Origin: Marsupella aquatica
Taxonomy: Eukaryota; Plantae; Marchantiophyta
Assembly: GCA_973895155.1 (NCBI GenBank)
Contig: OZ316899.1
Location: 4,963,241-5,027,240 of the forward strand
Direction of reading: 5' to 3'
Length of the DNA: 64,000 nucleotides
Shown here one piece after another: positions 38,980 to 52,483 of this stretch; within the stretch, counting starts at the first letter, position 1; every line of letters begins with the position of its first letter. The translations under genes and the position numbers were made by a program. The notes under the pieces were generated by a model. It saw only the letters and a list, made by a program, of their open reading frames with translations. It searched no databases and was not told the origin of the DNA.

Positions 38980-40440
38980 GGGTCCAAATCTCAAAGACCC
39001 TTGCCGACAATGGATAGTGGCCAATACTGAGACGTGTCAATCTCGGAGCCTCGTCCCAAAGAGGGAATGGGGGCCCACAATACAAGTCCAAATCTCAAAG
39101 ACCCTCGCTGAGAATGGATAGCGGGCCAATATTGAGACGTGTCAACATCTCGGAGCCTCGTCCCAAAGAGGGAATGGGGGCCCACAATACGAGTCCAAAT
39201 CTCAAAGACCCTCGCCAAGAATGGATAGCGGGCCAATACAAAGACCTCTAAACCTCTAAACCTCATAGTGGGCCAACCTCGTACTATATACCCTTGGATG
39301 GGGTATACAAAGCTGCAATGAGACATCACCAATAGATCTCGGAGACCCTCTCCGAGATGGCATGGTGTGCCACATCTGGCAGTCATCCTGTTTTGAAACA
39401 CTTGCAAAAGAGGGATTGTGGACAAGGAAGTTGACAATATAAATCCAAAAGACCCCTACTCCATGTCAGAGACCCTCACCAAGATAGAAAGGCGTGCCCC
39501 AAATGTCTTCACTTTATCTAGGAGACAGTTGCCGATGAAGAACTTCAGACACCTTGTACTCTTGGAGACCCTCTTCGAGAAGGAGTAGTGTGCATGAAAT
39601 GGCAATGCCTCTAAACTCTTGGACCATATCACGGGAGGAAAGGTAAGGCAGATCAGGCATCATGTCTCTCGGAGACCCTCTCCAAGATGGAATTGAGAGG
39701 CACTAGTCCCCCGCCGTGGGACCCAAGATGTTGGAGACCCTCGCCGAAATGGGACTATGGAACTAGAAACACTTCTCCGTACCATAAATCCATAAACTTT
39801 TTACAATTATCCGTACAAAACGACTCGGCAACTCCAAATTGACCATTTTCTCCTCTACAATGCTCAAATATATCTTGGAGACCCTCGCCAAAATGGGATT
39901 ATGGAACTAGAAACGCTTCTCCGTACCATGAATCCATAATTTTCTTACAAATATCCGTACAAATTGGCATTTTCTCTCCTTTACAATGCTTGAATATATC
40001 TCAGAGAGGCTCGCCGAGTATGATATGCACTCCAAACAACCAACACCAAACTCTGAAGTAGACCTGCGCCAAGGAGGCAATCTGGGAATCATACATCCAA
40101 ATCCATCTTAGAGACCCTCACCGAGTAAGAGACGGAATCAAAAGTTGATTATACTCCAACTCGGAGAGTCAATGTTGAACAGTCAATGTTGAAAAGACAA
40201 CAAATTTCCTACTAAGAAACTCTCGCTTACATGCCCCAAGAGACCCAAATAGATCTCAAAGACCCTCGCTGAGTAGGAGTAGGGATAAAAAGTTGATGAT
40301 GCTCCAACTCGAAGAGTTGATGTTGAACAGTCAATGTTGAAAAGTCAACAAATTTCCTACTAAGAAACTCTCGCTTACATGCCCCAGGAGTCTCGAATAG
40401 ATCTCAAAGACCCTCGCCAAGTAGTAGGGATAAAAAGCTG
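38980..40440. repeat. Intergenic repeat arrays rich in GAGACCCTCGCCGA
   Basis: About 105-bp units (38983-39240), about 145-bp units (39730-39950 and 40108-40440) and dispersed motif copies between the divergent genes. Confidence 0.8.
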
Positions 40441-40886
40441 ATGTAGGGCAAAGAGGGGATTGGGCCCGCACGAGGGATTGTGGGCCCGCACAATGGGACC
40501 TTCAAGACCACAACATGCAGAATGTACCATATCCACACATTGCAAAAATGTACCTTCTTGGCGGCTGCTGGCAATTAGGTACCTTCTTTGCGGTACAATT
40601 ATCGTTATAAGTACGTTGCGGGTCATACGGTTGTTCTACGCACGTTGTATCGTTATAAGTATTGTTCCGGGTCATACAATTTCTCTACGCATGGTGTTCG
40701 GAACGGTATTCTTGGCCGTAACTGGTATGTATAGGGGCTTTAACATTGAGCCTCAAAGTTTGTCATTTTAAGGGATGTCAGATCATTCCCTATGTGGATT
40801 CGGGAAACATGGCCTCTCTTGTGATTATCACATCTTTAACGGGGGATGTAGTTGTTTTTTGTAATTCTAATGTTGATAGTGTTTGA

Positions 40887-43800
40887 GTGACTAAGGAACA
40901 TGAAGTAGCGAGCCGTTTTGGTTTGAAGGTAGGGGATTTCATGATTTATGAGGAGAGCAAGGACGGGTTGTCCACATCTGCTGAATCCAAAGGAGATGGA
41001 GATGAGCGAGAGTGGTACCTGAAGTATGGCGCGTCTTATATTCTCTGCAGAAAGACGGGGTGCATACCAAGTGCATACCATGTCAAAGAGGGTCTCCAAC
41101 ATGAAGAACCTTCTTGGACGAGTACCCCTCGGTCAAATTCATTTTGAATGTGGGAGGATCCTGGAGATGGTGATACTCCACCAAAGGAGACACCTTGATC
41201 CAGTGGGATTCATGTCAGAGGGGGTCTCCAAGATGGTGAACCTTCACCAATGAATACACCTCAGTCAAACACATCCCAATTTTGGGAGGATCGTGGAGCT
41301 TGTTATCGTCAACCAAAGGAGACAGCTTGATCAAAGGCATCCATCCTCCGCAAGGGTCTCCAAGATGGTGATTTGGTATCATGGAAGGATGAGTTCCTTG
41401 TCATTGTTGTTCATGCCATGTTGCACAAAAAAGGGACCTCTCATTGTGTACAAGCTGCTCGTAAGATTTTGAGCATGAAATTGCCGGAGAGAGTTATGCG
41501 ATTGCCAGAATTCTATGATGGAGCCATATTTTTGAGTTGCCACCCTTTACAGGTCCATACTCTAAGGGTTGTTTCTTCTTTGGGATGGAGCGCAAGAATG
41601 ATTGTTACATGTGGAGCCGGTTAATTGAGACGGGAGCAAACATTGGCCCAAAGCTGAACAACAATAGTCACTTGTACCAAATCCAAAGTGTCAAATGTTT
41701 GGGTTCTCTGCGATGTCTACATCAGGATTGTGAAAAGTTTCAATAGCGACAAGAGCACAATTCTGCAAAGTGGACCCGAGATCGAGCAGGCACAAATGAG
41801 CTACCTTTCCCTGTTGGACGCAATGTTCCCACGTTGAGTGTAATTTGTACGTATTGCAAGAGGCCTCCCAGGTGTATAGCTCGATGCCCAAGTGAGATGT
41901 ACTATATCACTTCAACCAAGGATGACGTAAATTATTGTCACAAGTCTTGTGTTGCGATGCATATAGGAAATCACACCCATCCTGCAATGTTCACGCATAA
42001 CAAGGATCAACGATCAGTTGTACGCAATCTTGTGGAGGTGGAGCTGAAGAGGAGTCTGACTGCTATATCGTCTGTTATCAAGGGCGAGGCAATACATAAA
42101 CTAAAAAATATTCTTGAAGACCCAGTGGCTGAAATGGTGACATCTGAGGAGGCAAGAGACCTTAATGAAATGTTGTCCATCCTCGGCGATGAATCCATTT
42201 TTTGCTCTATGATCAGGAGCATCAAGAAGTACAGTCATGTGTCGTCTGATCTTAACATGATACTGGAGATGCGGAAGGTGACTGCCTTTCCGTTTATCCA
42301 AAGTGTTTTGTTCCCATCTCAAAACGTGGGAACAGACAAGCGATCGCACATTTTTAAAATGAGTATAGAATGTCTCGGTTCCGGGGTGGACCTTGTTCAA
42401 AGAATGCAGCCAGGCGGGGGTCTCGAGCATTCATGGGTGATATCTGATGTGATGCATTGTATACTTGACAACAAATGGTGCACCACGACAGCACACGTGT
42501 GTGACCATTTCTATCGGGGCCTGTGCACAATCTTTGTTTGTGAGCTGGTTTCAGAAGATAGTGCGGCATTACAAACTGCATGGAAGGTCATGAGGAGGGT
42601 GTGTGAAGAACATGGGCTGAAGAATGTTGAATTTTGTGGCTTTATGGTTGATAATGCTGCTGCTGGGTGGAATGCAATCCGCAATGAATTTTGGGATGGA
42701 AAGGTAAATACCCATAGAGAGAGGTCTGATGCATTTCACTGGGCCCAATCAGTGGAGAGGGTACAGAAGCACATTGTCCCACAAAAGAGATTTGAGCATA
42801 AGGAAATTCTAGATTCGCTTCAACACGCTGGCAACATAGTTCTTGCATTTTGAGTTTTTGAGAAGCTTAAGACGTGGTGGAGCGAGGGCAACGCGCTACC
42901 CGAAGAAGCGAAGGAGCTCACAACGTGGATGTCTTGGTGGATTGTTCGGTTTTCTCAATGGGGAAATTTTTTGAGACTCGTAAGTGTCTAACGCTTTACC
43001 TCTACATGCATGAAATCCGTCAAATCTCGCTGACATGGGGTCAATTGAAGGGATGTTGAATTGGATGACCTCTGTCTGTAACGCTTTCTGTCAAATATTG
43101 GCAAAGGTCGTCGAGATATGTTTCCAATTGTATTGATATTCTTCTTGGAAATTGTAGGAGATGGACAGAGAAAATACTGCGCTGATGCCTAACCACAGCG
43201 GGGCAAAGTCAGTGCATGCGGTCATGCGGAAATGGTCCTCTAATAGAAAGGTTGGGTTAGTATAGTCCTGTAACTTAGATGCAACTCGAGCATTGAGCCA
43301 GGTTGCATCTTTGGAGCACTACCAACATAGTGGGAGGAAAGGGCGGGGACCGAGCCTATTTGAACTCCAACTTCAAGACGCTACTGCCGTTGGGAATTGG
43401 AATCTTTCTTTTCAAAATTGAACACAGTTATAACTCAACCAGAATTGCATAAGTTCTCGTTGGCGGACCCACTTAGTGGAGATGTAGAAACGGTTTCTAT
43501 GAAGTGTAAGAAGGCCATTTTTGGCCCTCATGTGGTAGTAGAAGATTCACACAGGCCTGACATTGTTCTGGTAATGAGACCAAAGAAGAGGAAGTTCAAG
43601 GGGGTTGCAAACACGGACGCAACCTTAAAAGCACAGATCTTGAAGTTGTGGATCTGTCTTCCGATGGCGGTAGTGGCTCGGGCGAGCCTGAAGTTGTCAT
43701 TGTGGAACCTCTCCAACGGACAACAAGGTCAACCCCACATCCGGAACCCGTCAGAAGACATGTTCAGGAAACTAATTTGGTGCCAGGGATGTTATTTCTG

Positions 43801-44635
43801 GCCCGCATCTCAACATGTGGTAAGAGTCCTGGTTGTAGAGGTGCGTTCAAAGGCAACAAACGGGGAGTATGTGCTCAATTTATTAGAGAGACAGGATTGA
43901 AAGTGAGCGGATTGGGTGTTATTGGTATTTGTTGGCTGGCGGGGAGTAAATTTAATGAACCAGGTGTTCCATATCCGTATTGATTTTGCCCAAACAACCA
44001 GTGTTGCACAAAATCCTCTTTGCCTTTCATTACCAACATGCTACCACCACTGCCTTCAAAGTTTCCGGTCTCTCGTGGTACTAATCTTACAGAAGCAGAG
44101 GTTATTTTCCTGCACAACAATGGAGTGGATGTCATTTCTGGTGGCGATGTTATGAATGAGGTAGTGAGTGATGGCGACATCATCATGGATTTGAACACAT
44201 ACCCAGAGCGGCCAGATCCTACAAGGCCTGACGATTGTGGTACTCGCTGCAATGGCCAGGCAAGGCAAAGGAGGTCAGATTCCCCCCAAGGATGCATTAG
44301 CACATATCCAAAATGCTAAGACCGAGGCCATTGTGTGCACGTCAACGAGGAGAATTGAAACAGGGAATGCTATCGGCATAAGGCTCATGGTGAGCAACAC
44401 TAGCAGGGGGCAAACTTCAGTACATTGCGTCCAGATCTGTGTCTTCCCAAGTTGCTCCTGCAAGGATTTCATGTATAGGGAGTTGATGGGAAGAGCCTAC
44501 TTCCCGTGCAAGCACTTGTACTGGTGCTTTGCAAACATTTGTAAAAGGGACATTGACACGGATCAATGTGTAAACCAACCTACCTTGACTCTAACTGAGG
44601 TCTGCGACCTTGTAGCAAATGCCAATATTGTTTGA
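40887..44635 (+). pseudogene. MULE transposase with GCM-like DNA-binding domain and C-terminal SWIM finger
   Basis: VKCLGSLRC...CTYC...RCPSEMYY...HIGNHTHP (WRKY/GCM-type). MULE core WVISD...GFMVDNAAAGWNAIR...DAFHW. The third-acid position reads AKSVHA (probable E>K). SWIM CSCKDF...CKHLYW. The N-terminus has 132-bp coding repeats. Many stops. Confidence 0.85.
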
Positions 44636-45054
44636 CATTGTATGTCGGCGGCCCTCGCTGACATTGTCTCCTTCTTCAGGAGATCATCTTGGCGACCCTC
44701 GCCGAGTCATCTAATCCTGGTGACCCTCGCCGATATGGACTTTAGGGTTGCGGGCCTAGGGTTAGGGGGTTAGGGTTTATAATATGACTGTTATAAGTAT
44801 AGGGTTATGGATTTATGTTGGCAAGGCTCAGATTTGACCCTAAACCCGCTTGGGTCCTTGGGATGAGGGTTGTTGCTTTGTTCAAAACTATGGATCCAAG
44901 TGCAGGCGGACGTGAGATGGTGATTGATAGGACACAAGAAAGGCTTACATCGGAATTGTAGACGCTTCTTGCTAGTAAAGAACAAGACCGTGCTTGCATC
45001 TGGAATCTCCCCTCCTCTCGTTATCCCCTACGATGTTGCCCTCCAGCCGGTAAC

Positions 45055-45538
45055 TTGATTCCGGGATTGCCTGATGATCTTGTGGAGTTGCACATATGGC
45101 CCCGGATCCAATCAATGTTGGAAGATGTTGTGCTTGTGGATGCTCCAGTGAGGAATATGTGCCTGATGGTCTGTTGCGCATATCAACAAGAAATGGAGAT
45201 ATTTGATAACAAACTCCATAGCATGGGCTGCAATGACTACTGCTGTGATATTTTGTGCCACAAGATGGCCTGAATTGACACCTCACTTCTTTTGTGAGTC
45301 AATGAGAGTGTTCCCATCAATTGATGTTTGGGCTTGGTTGGCTGATGATATCTTAAATGAGAGGATCGATTCCTGGTTATTATGTGATTCAGAGGAAGCG
45401 GACTGTTATCTGTCGATATATGGTGTTCAGCAAGAACGAGTAGATGCTTGGAAAAGGACTCGTCTTGATAATTGGTACACTGAGCAGGTTCAGGAAAGAC
45501 TTGATCAAGGTGTAAGTGTCAATCGTGACAACTTTTAG
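45055..45538 (+). pseudogene. F-box-like cargo gene 1
   Basis: LIPGLPDDLVELHIWPRI, then after a frameshift ...LITNSIAWAA. Paralogous to 52484-53266. Confidence 0.65.
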
Positions 45539-45765
45539 GTGCACTTCATGTCATTATCGGTTTAGTTTATAGAATACGCAGGAGTATGCCACACCTGGTT
45601 CAGATTTAGATATCATGGACTAATTTTGTAAGACTTGATGAAGGTGTAAGTGTCAATTGTGACAACTTTTAGGTGGACTTCATGTCATTATCGGTTTAGT
45701 TTATAGAATACGCAGGAGTATGCCACACCTGGTTCAGATTTAGAGATCATGGACTAATTTTGTAC
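45509..45765 (+). repeat. ~133-bp tandem duplication of the gene end and 3' UTR
   Basis: Two near-identical copies starting GGTGTAAGTGTCAAT. Confidence 0.9.
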
Positions 45766-47083
45766 GACTTTTTTGAGTAATAAAATACTTGGCGACATGA
45801 GATCCTTCTTGTCTTTCACTATCAATTCTCGGCGAGGGTCTTCAATATTTGGACCCTAAAACCCTAAATCTCTGAGATCAATCGTGTCATTCACTATCAA
45901 TTCTTGGCGAGGGTCTTTGAGATTTGGACAGGCAACCCTAAACACGTAACCCCCTATATTGGGCCGTAAATCCTAGACCTTGCATACTTCCCTTGCGTAC
46001 TTTCTTGTTTGGTCCGTTAACAAAATGTACGTTGTCAAGTATAGTTGGGATGTCCCGTATCCATGATGTAGTTTTGTGCGGTGAGGTATGTGCTTCCTTC
46101 TTCCTTACTCTTCCTCTTCCTCTTCACTCTTCGTTAGGGTTATCAACGTCTTTCCCACTTATCCCTGCGCTTGGTTGAATTTCTATACTTTGACATTCAT
46201 CGCACTGGGCAGAAATCACATCATTGTTCATTGCTTAGGGAGAGCCTCCCCTAAGCCTTCATGCCCGTTGCTCGACCGATGTGCAGCCCCTATAGGGTCA
46301 AGATCAACCCGCAAACTTTGCAGGTGGAGATCGTCGAAACCAATATGTCAATGTCGTTGTTGTTATAAAGAGGATGGTGTTACAAACCAAATACACCAAC
46401 AATGATTTGATCTTCTATTCCAAGGAGAGAATATATACATATGGTAACTCTGGTTGGAGTTAACCATGGATTCTAACTATAGTCAGTATACCCAATCATA
46501 GTTAGGGTATAACACTCCCCCTTGGGTGTTATCATTTTAGGAAAAATGTGACAACCAATCTTCTATCAATGTATATGAAGGTAGGTGATGGGGGTGCAAC
46601 CTCATTAAAACCTTCCCTACTTTCTTTTGTGGAAGGAAAGAGTATTGCCACCCTACATCCCTTTAAGTTTAAAATAAAGTTGTGTCTTTATAAAGTAATC
46701 TGTATTTGCGTTTGTCTATTCCCTACTTTTCTAGACTAATTGCGTTCAGAGTATATGTGTTTAGGTTTGTATTCTGGGTTGCGGTGTCGTTCTGCAAGAA
46801 GTTCATCAAGTGTAAGTGGTGTTGAAGTCGGTTGTATGAGAGTGGAATGGCGGGTTCTCTTTCACGCAGGTACTGTTGATGCCGGGGTGAGCTGCAATGG
46901 TTGGAGATGCATTTTCCCTGGGTCTTTGTGATAGTGTCAATCGGAGAGATGTCAGTGCGTCTTCTCGATGATTCATCAAGTTTTGCCTGTAGTTCTTCAG
47001 GAAGTCAAGTGCGAGGGGTTAGTCGATTGACTTATGTTCTGTCGGGCTGGTGCTGTTCGTTCTCGTAACGTTCATCAGGGAAG

Positions 47084-50000
47084 TCAAATCTCCCCCTCAA
47101 TCTTTGTATCCTGCAAAAGCTTTGTTGTGCTGCGTATTCCTATTGAATCAGTTAGTGATTGATGGAGGGACGGTGGTAGTGACTTTGTAAGGATATCTGC
47201 CTTGTTCTGATTTCCTGGAATCCATTGTACATCAATTTCTTTTCCTTGTTCGTGTGAGAAAAAGAATTTAGGCGCAATATGTTTTGTATGTTCGCCTTTG
47301 ATGAATCCGGTTTTGATTTGAGTTATGCAAGGCATGTTATCTTCGAAGAGTATTGTAGGTTTGGTTAATTTTGGTTTACTTGTGTTGATCAGAATATGAT
47401 CTAAGACTTTACGTAGCCATAAACACTCACGACTTGCTTCGTAGAGAGCAATTATTTTAGAGTGTTTGGAAGAAGTAGTAGTAAGTGTCTGTCTGGTGCT
47501 GCGCCATGAAATTGGTGTCGGGCCCATCAAGAAAATGTATCCAGTTTGAGATTTACCATCTTGTGGATCGGATAGATAGCCAGCGTCAGTATATCCTGTT
47601 AAACTGTAATCTGCATCATAAGGAAAGTATAAACCAAAGTCGGATGTACCAATAAGATAACGGAATATCCTTTTAATACCGTTTCAGTGTCTGATAGTGG
47701 GCTGTGCGCTGTGTCTTGCGAGTAAGTTGACCGCGAATGCTATGTCCGGTCGAGTTTGATTAGATAGAAACATAAGAGCACCGATAGCCGAAAGGTATGG
47801 CATATCTGAACCTAGTAAAGGTTCAAAATCTTCTCTCTTCCTGAACATATCTTTCTGTATGTCCAAGGTACGTATATCCATGGGGGACTTCACAGATTTT
47901 AACGAGTCCATATGGAAATGTTTTAACACCTTCTTTGTGTAAGTCTCTTGATGCAAGAGAATGCCCTTTTGTAAATGTTCAAATTGAAGTCCAATGCAGT
48001 AAGAAGTTATTCCTAAATCTCGCATTTCGAATACGCGTTTCAGCGTTTGTATAGATTCTTGCATCATCTTGTTTGTACCAAACAAGTTGAGGTCATCTAC
48101 ATAAATAGCAATTATTATGAATTCAGATCCTTGATTCTTTATGAATAGACAAGGTGCAATCTCTGAATTTTTGTATCCCATGGATATCATCTCTATTTTG
48201 AAATGCTGGTACCAGGTACGTCCACTTTGTTTTAGGCCGTAGAGTGAACGAAGAACCTGAATAGCAAATCGGGTCTTTCTATTTCCAGGAGTTTCCTGGA
48301 ATGCAATTGCTTTAGAGGTATTGTGGAGTACCAGCTTATTTAAGTAGTCAAATTCATTTGCATGTTTGTCACTATGCATATTTGAATCATGATTTGAATT
48401 CACATGGAAATTGACACGCTCTATAAGCTGTGGTGGAGCTTCCATATAGATCACAGTGTCAAGTTGACCGTAAAGATAAGCGGTCACCACATCTAGTTGA
48501 TGCATTAAGAGTTTATGTTGGATTGCAAATGCTATCAAGTAGCGGTAAGTAGTTACATCCATGACTGGTGAATAAGTTAGGTCATAATCTGTGCCATAGA
48601 TTTGAGTATATCCCTTTGCAACGAGTCGAGCTTTATATCTCACAATTCTCCTTGGGAATTCCTCTTTTTGGTAAATATGATTCTGTACCCTTAAGGTGTT
48701 GGTCTGGGGAAGCAATGGTTATAGGACCAAATACTTTTCGAGAGATCAAAGAGTCTAACTCAGAGTTCATGGCTATTTTCCATTTAGGCCAATCTGTTTG
48801 GTTTTGTGCTTCTTTGACAGATTTCGGGTCAGGTAAGTTAGTAATATCCTGTGATATATGAAAGGCAAATTGATCATCAGGTATTACTCTAGTTCTATCT
48901 AAGATATGGCCAGTGGTATTATAATGTATGGCTATCTCTGGGTGATATGATTCTGAAATGTGAGTATGGGTTTTTGGTCTCATTTCAGATGATGTTGGTA
49001 GTTTTCGCCTTTGTCTGAGTTGTTTATCGACAGCCCCTACAGGGCGTCCTCTCTTGGGTTTTAATTGTTGATCAGAAGCTAACTGAGTTCCAATTTGAAT
49101 CCGGGATGGGGTATTCGCTGCTGGGATATGGGATTTTGTAACATTTGCTGTATCTGCGAATGAATCAGGTATGGCTTCCATAATCTTTGTAAGTTGAATT
49201 ATTCTTCTGACTTCTACTTCAGCCTGATCTGTGCATGGATCAGGACAGAGTTCAGGACTAGCTTGCCAGGTGAATATTTTTGGTAATGATTGTTGTTTGC
49301 CCTCTGGTAATGTCAGAGTGGGGAAGATGGTTTCATAAAAGTGACAATCTGTAAATCGAGCTTTGAATATGTCTGCAGTGGTAGGTTCCATGTAACAGAT
49401 GATCGATGTAGAGTCGAATCCCACATAGATGCCTTTTCTTCTCTGAAGTCCTAATTTTGTCCGTTTTGGACCTAGGATTGGTACAAGGACTTGACATCCG
49501 AATATCCTCAAGTGTGAAATGTCTGGAGAATTACCAAATGCCAATTGATGAGGTGTAATGCTGTTGAAGGCTGATGGTCTGTATAGAAGAAGAGATGCAG
49601 CATGTAGGACTGCGTGTCCCCATGCACTTGCTGGAAGAGAAGATTGCATTAATAGAGGTCGAGCTATTTGTTGTATGCGTTTAATAAGTGACTCGGCCAT
49701 TCCATTTTGGAAATGTACATAAGGTACATTGTATTGTGAATCAATTCCATTGATGAGGCAAAATTCATCAAAAGTTTTTGATGTGAACTCTCCGGCTCCA
49801 TCAGTCCTGAGGGTTCGAATTGGGTATTCTGGGAATTGAGCTCTCAGCCATATAATGTGTGCCAGAATCCTTGAGAAAACGAGGTTCCGGGTTGATAATA
49901 GGGAAACCCTTGACCACTTGGAGCTTGCATCTATGACGACCAGGAAATAGCGGAATGGGCCACTGGGAGGATCAATGGGTCCGCAAACATCTGCATGGAG

Positions 50001-52049
50001 TCTCTCAAGAAATGCAGGTATGTGATTTTTGGTTTTAAAATTGGAGGGAGCAGTAATCATCTTGCCCTGTGAGCAGGCAAGGCATGGTCCTTTGAATGTT
50101 CTAGGATGTACTCCTTTTGATACTCCTTTAGAATTATTGACAATTCTGTGGAACATGCTTGTTCCAGGATGTCCCAACCGTCTATGCCAGATCTCTATGA
50201 GGTTCTATGATTCAGTTTGAACATGGTAGCATTGAGTTCGAGTTGCATAGATCCTAAAGGGTAAGCCTGTAAAGTTTCTTTAACAAGTCTGCCTTTTGAT
50301 GAGTGAGATACTATTTGTAGAACTTCTCGTGAGTCTTGAATATCTGTATGAATATGTAGGTTATTCGCTCTTATGTCTTTAAAGCTGAGAAGGTTTCTCG
50401 TTGCTTTGGGGGCATAAATCGCTGATGTGATGTTGATTATTCTTCGGGTATGGCATGCGTGACAGTAAACAGGAAACAGGTTTACTGGTACTAGTAAAAA
50501 TTTTCCTATTACCAGCAAAAATTTACTGTTACCAGGAAAAATAACAATGTCAAAATATTTTCTAAAACGTCAAATTTTCCAAAAACAATTAAATTATAAC
50601 ATTTTTTGGCTAGCTTTGGGTGCTAGCATTACCAGCGCCGGGCGCTAGCAAAAATAATAATATTCGCAACAAAAAAAACTTTTTTTTCCAAAAAAATAAT
50701 TTCAAAAATAATTTCCAAAAAATTTCCAAAAAAATTATCACTCATTTTCCTGTTACCAATTTCTGTTTCCTGTTACTGTTTGCTGTTTCCTGTCGCTTGT
50801 AAATACCCCTTATTGTTCCTTCTGGGAGAACTACTGTGGCTTTGCCATGACTCTCCTCTATTTGATGTGGTCCCATGATAGTTGTTATTTTCCTTTGTGA
50901 AGGGGTGATTTCGTAGAAATATTTATTGTCTCGAAGGATAGTATGGGTTGTGCCGCTGTCGACAATGCAAAAATCTGGATCTTCAATACTTAATGATGAA
51001 TCCAGCATATGTATTTCTGGTATAATCTCTGGTGAGTCCAAATAAGCCCCATGTGCTTCAAATTGCGATTCATCCAAGCTCTTCTTATAAAGTAGAACTA
51101 GGTGGCTAGGTGCATGGCATACCTTTTTGGTGTGCCCTTTAGTTCCGCACCTGTTGCATGTAATGGGATGCTCTTGTTTATAACTTGAGGTAGGTCGTTG
51201 TCGCTCCCGATTTTGTTGTTGATGATCCACTCTACCACTCTTCCAGTTGTTTCGATTCGCATTGTTCATTCTTCCACGACCTCTTCCTCTGTAGCTAGAA
51301 CTGCTTCCACCTCTTTGGGAGAAATTTCCTCTCCCTCTCATTATTCCTCGGCCACGGTATGAACCTCTCCCCCTATATGTGTATCCATTTGTATTTGTCA
51401 TATTTGTTTCTATTGTCGTATCCTGTGTAACTAAGTTGGTTTCAGTTTTAGTTGGTACAGGAAGTGTTCCCGGAGGTCTCTCCTTTGCATTATTCATAAG
51501 GAGGATGGGATTTTGCTCTACTAAAAGCATATGAGCAATGAGCGTCGAGTAGGTCGTAAAAGCCATGTTCCTGTACTGATTTGAAATCACCAAGTTAGTT
51601 GGGTGAAATGTGGCTAATGTCTTTTCGATTTGTTGTTTATCACTGACTGGTTCTCCATACATTTGGAGTTCATTTGAGATTCTAAACATCTCATTGTTGT
51701 ATAAATCTACTGATTTGAAATCTTGTACTCGTAGAGTAACCCAAGCCTGTAGAGCATTCGGCAGATTTTTTGTAGTGATATGCTCAAATCTTGATTTCAA
51801 TGCATCCCAGAGTAATCTAGGATTGTATGCAGTCTTATACTGGCGTTTGAGAGGATCGATTAAGTGATGTCTCAGTAGTACCAAGGCTTGTGCCTTCGTG
51901 TATTGATCCACACCGACGTCTATGTGTATGGCCTCTTCAATTCGTTTTGCCGTGAGATGGACCTCCACATCTATATACCAATCATTGTAATTCTTGCCAT
52001 CAATTTGCAAAGCTGGAAATATAAGTTTTTCAATGGAGTTCGATGTCAT
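47084..52049 (-). pseudogene. Copia gag-pol
   Basis: CNRCGTKGHTKKVC, IVDSGTTH (protease), integrase HADVCGP..RTDGAGEF..NGMAES, RT YKARLVAKG, LYGLKQSGR, IYVDD, and RNase H KHI/ADILTK. Frameshifts and a MITE insertion. Confidence 0.95.
50446..50809. mobile_element. Non-autonomous MULE (364 bp) related to element C, inserted in the Copia protease
   Basis: Ends GGGTATGG... and ...AAATACCCC. 9-bp TSD TTATTCTTC/TTATTGTTC. The right end matches 59508 onward. Contains AGCGCCGGGCGCTAG at 50634. Confidence 0.85.
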
Positions 52050-52483
52050 TCTGGTATCAAGAATGTCTAATTGTTTTTCGAATGGATGTTTGGGGAGTCG
52101 TTCTAAATGTGTATCAAACTGATGTATGTTTTCAAATCTATTTTGTGAATCATCCCCATTATCATTTTCTAAGGGTACGATGTTTTACTGAAGAAATAGT
52201 CTGCATACATTGCCCAAGTGTTGACAAATATGCATAACTGCCAAGTATAACTGCCTTGACATTGAATGACCCCTTAAAAAAAATTCAAGAGCACTCTCGT
52301 GCTGATAACATGTTACAAACCAAATACACCAACAATGATTTGATCTTCTATTCCAAGGAGAGAATATATACATATGGTAACTCTGGTTGGAGTTAACCAT
52401 GGGTTCTAACTATAGTTAGTATACCCAATCATAGTTAGGATATAACAGATGGCACTTTCTCTATTCTTGATCCGCTTGTTTGG

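Larger units (their letters stand above)
46378..52447 (-). mobile_element. Ty1/Copia LTR retrotransposon (Bianca-like), full length
   Basis: 137-bp LTRs at 46378-46514 and 52311-52447 (3 differences), TSD GATGG, PBS TGTTATCAGCACGAGAG (half-tRNA-Met type) and PPT AGGGGGAG. Confidence 0.95.

Noticed and set aside
38590-46170. Inverted repeats as TIRs of a smaller transposase-only element
   Set aside because: No TSD or G-rich termini were found. The true ends are at 31356 and 56312, and the repeats look like gene promoters/leaders.
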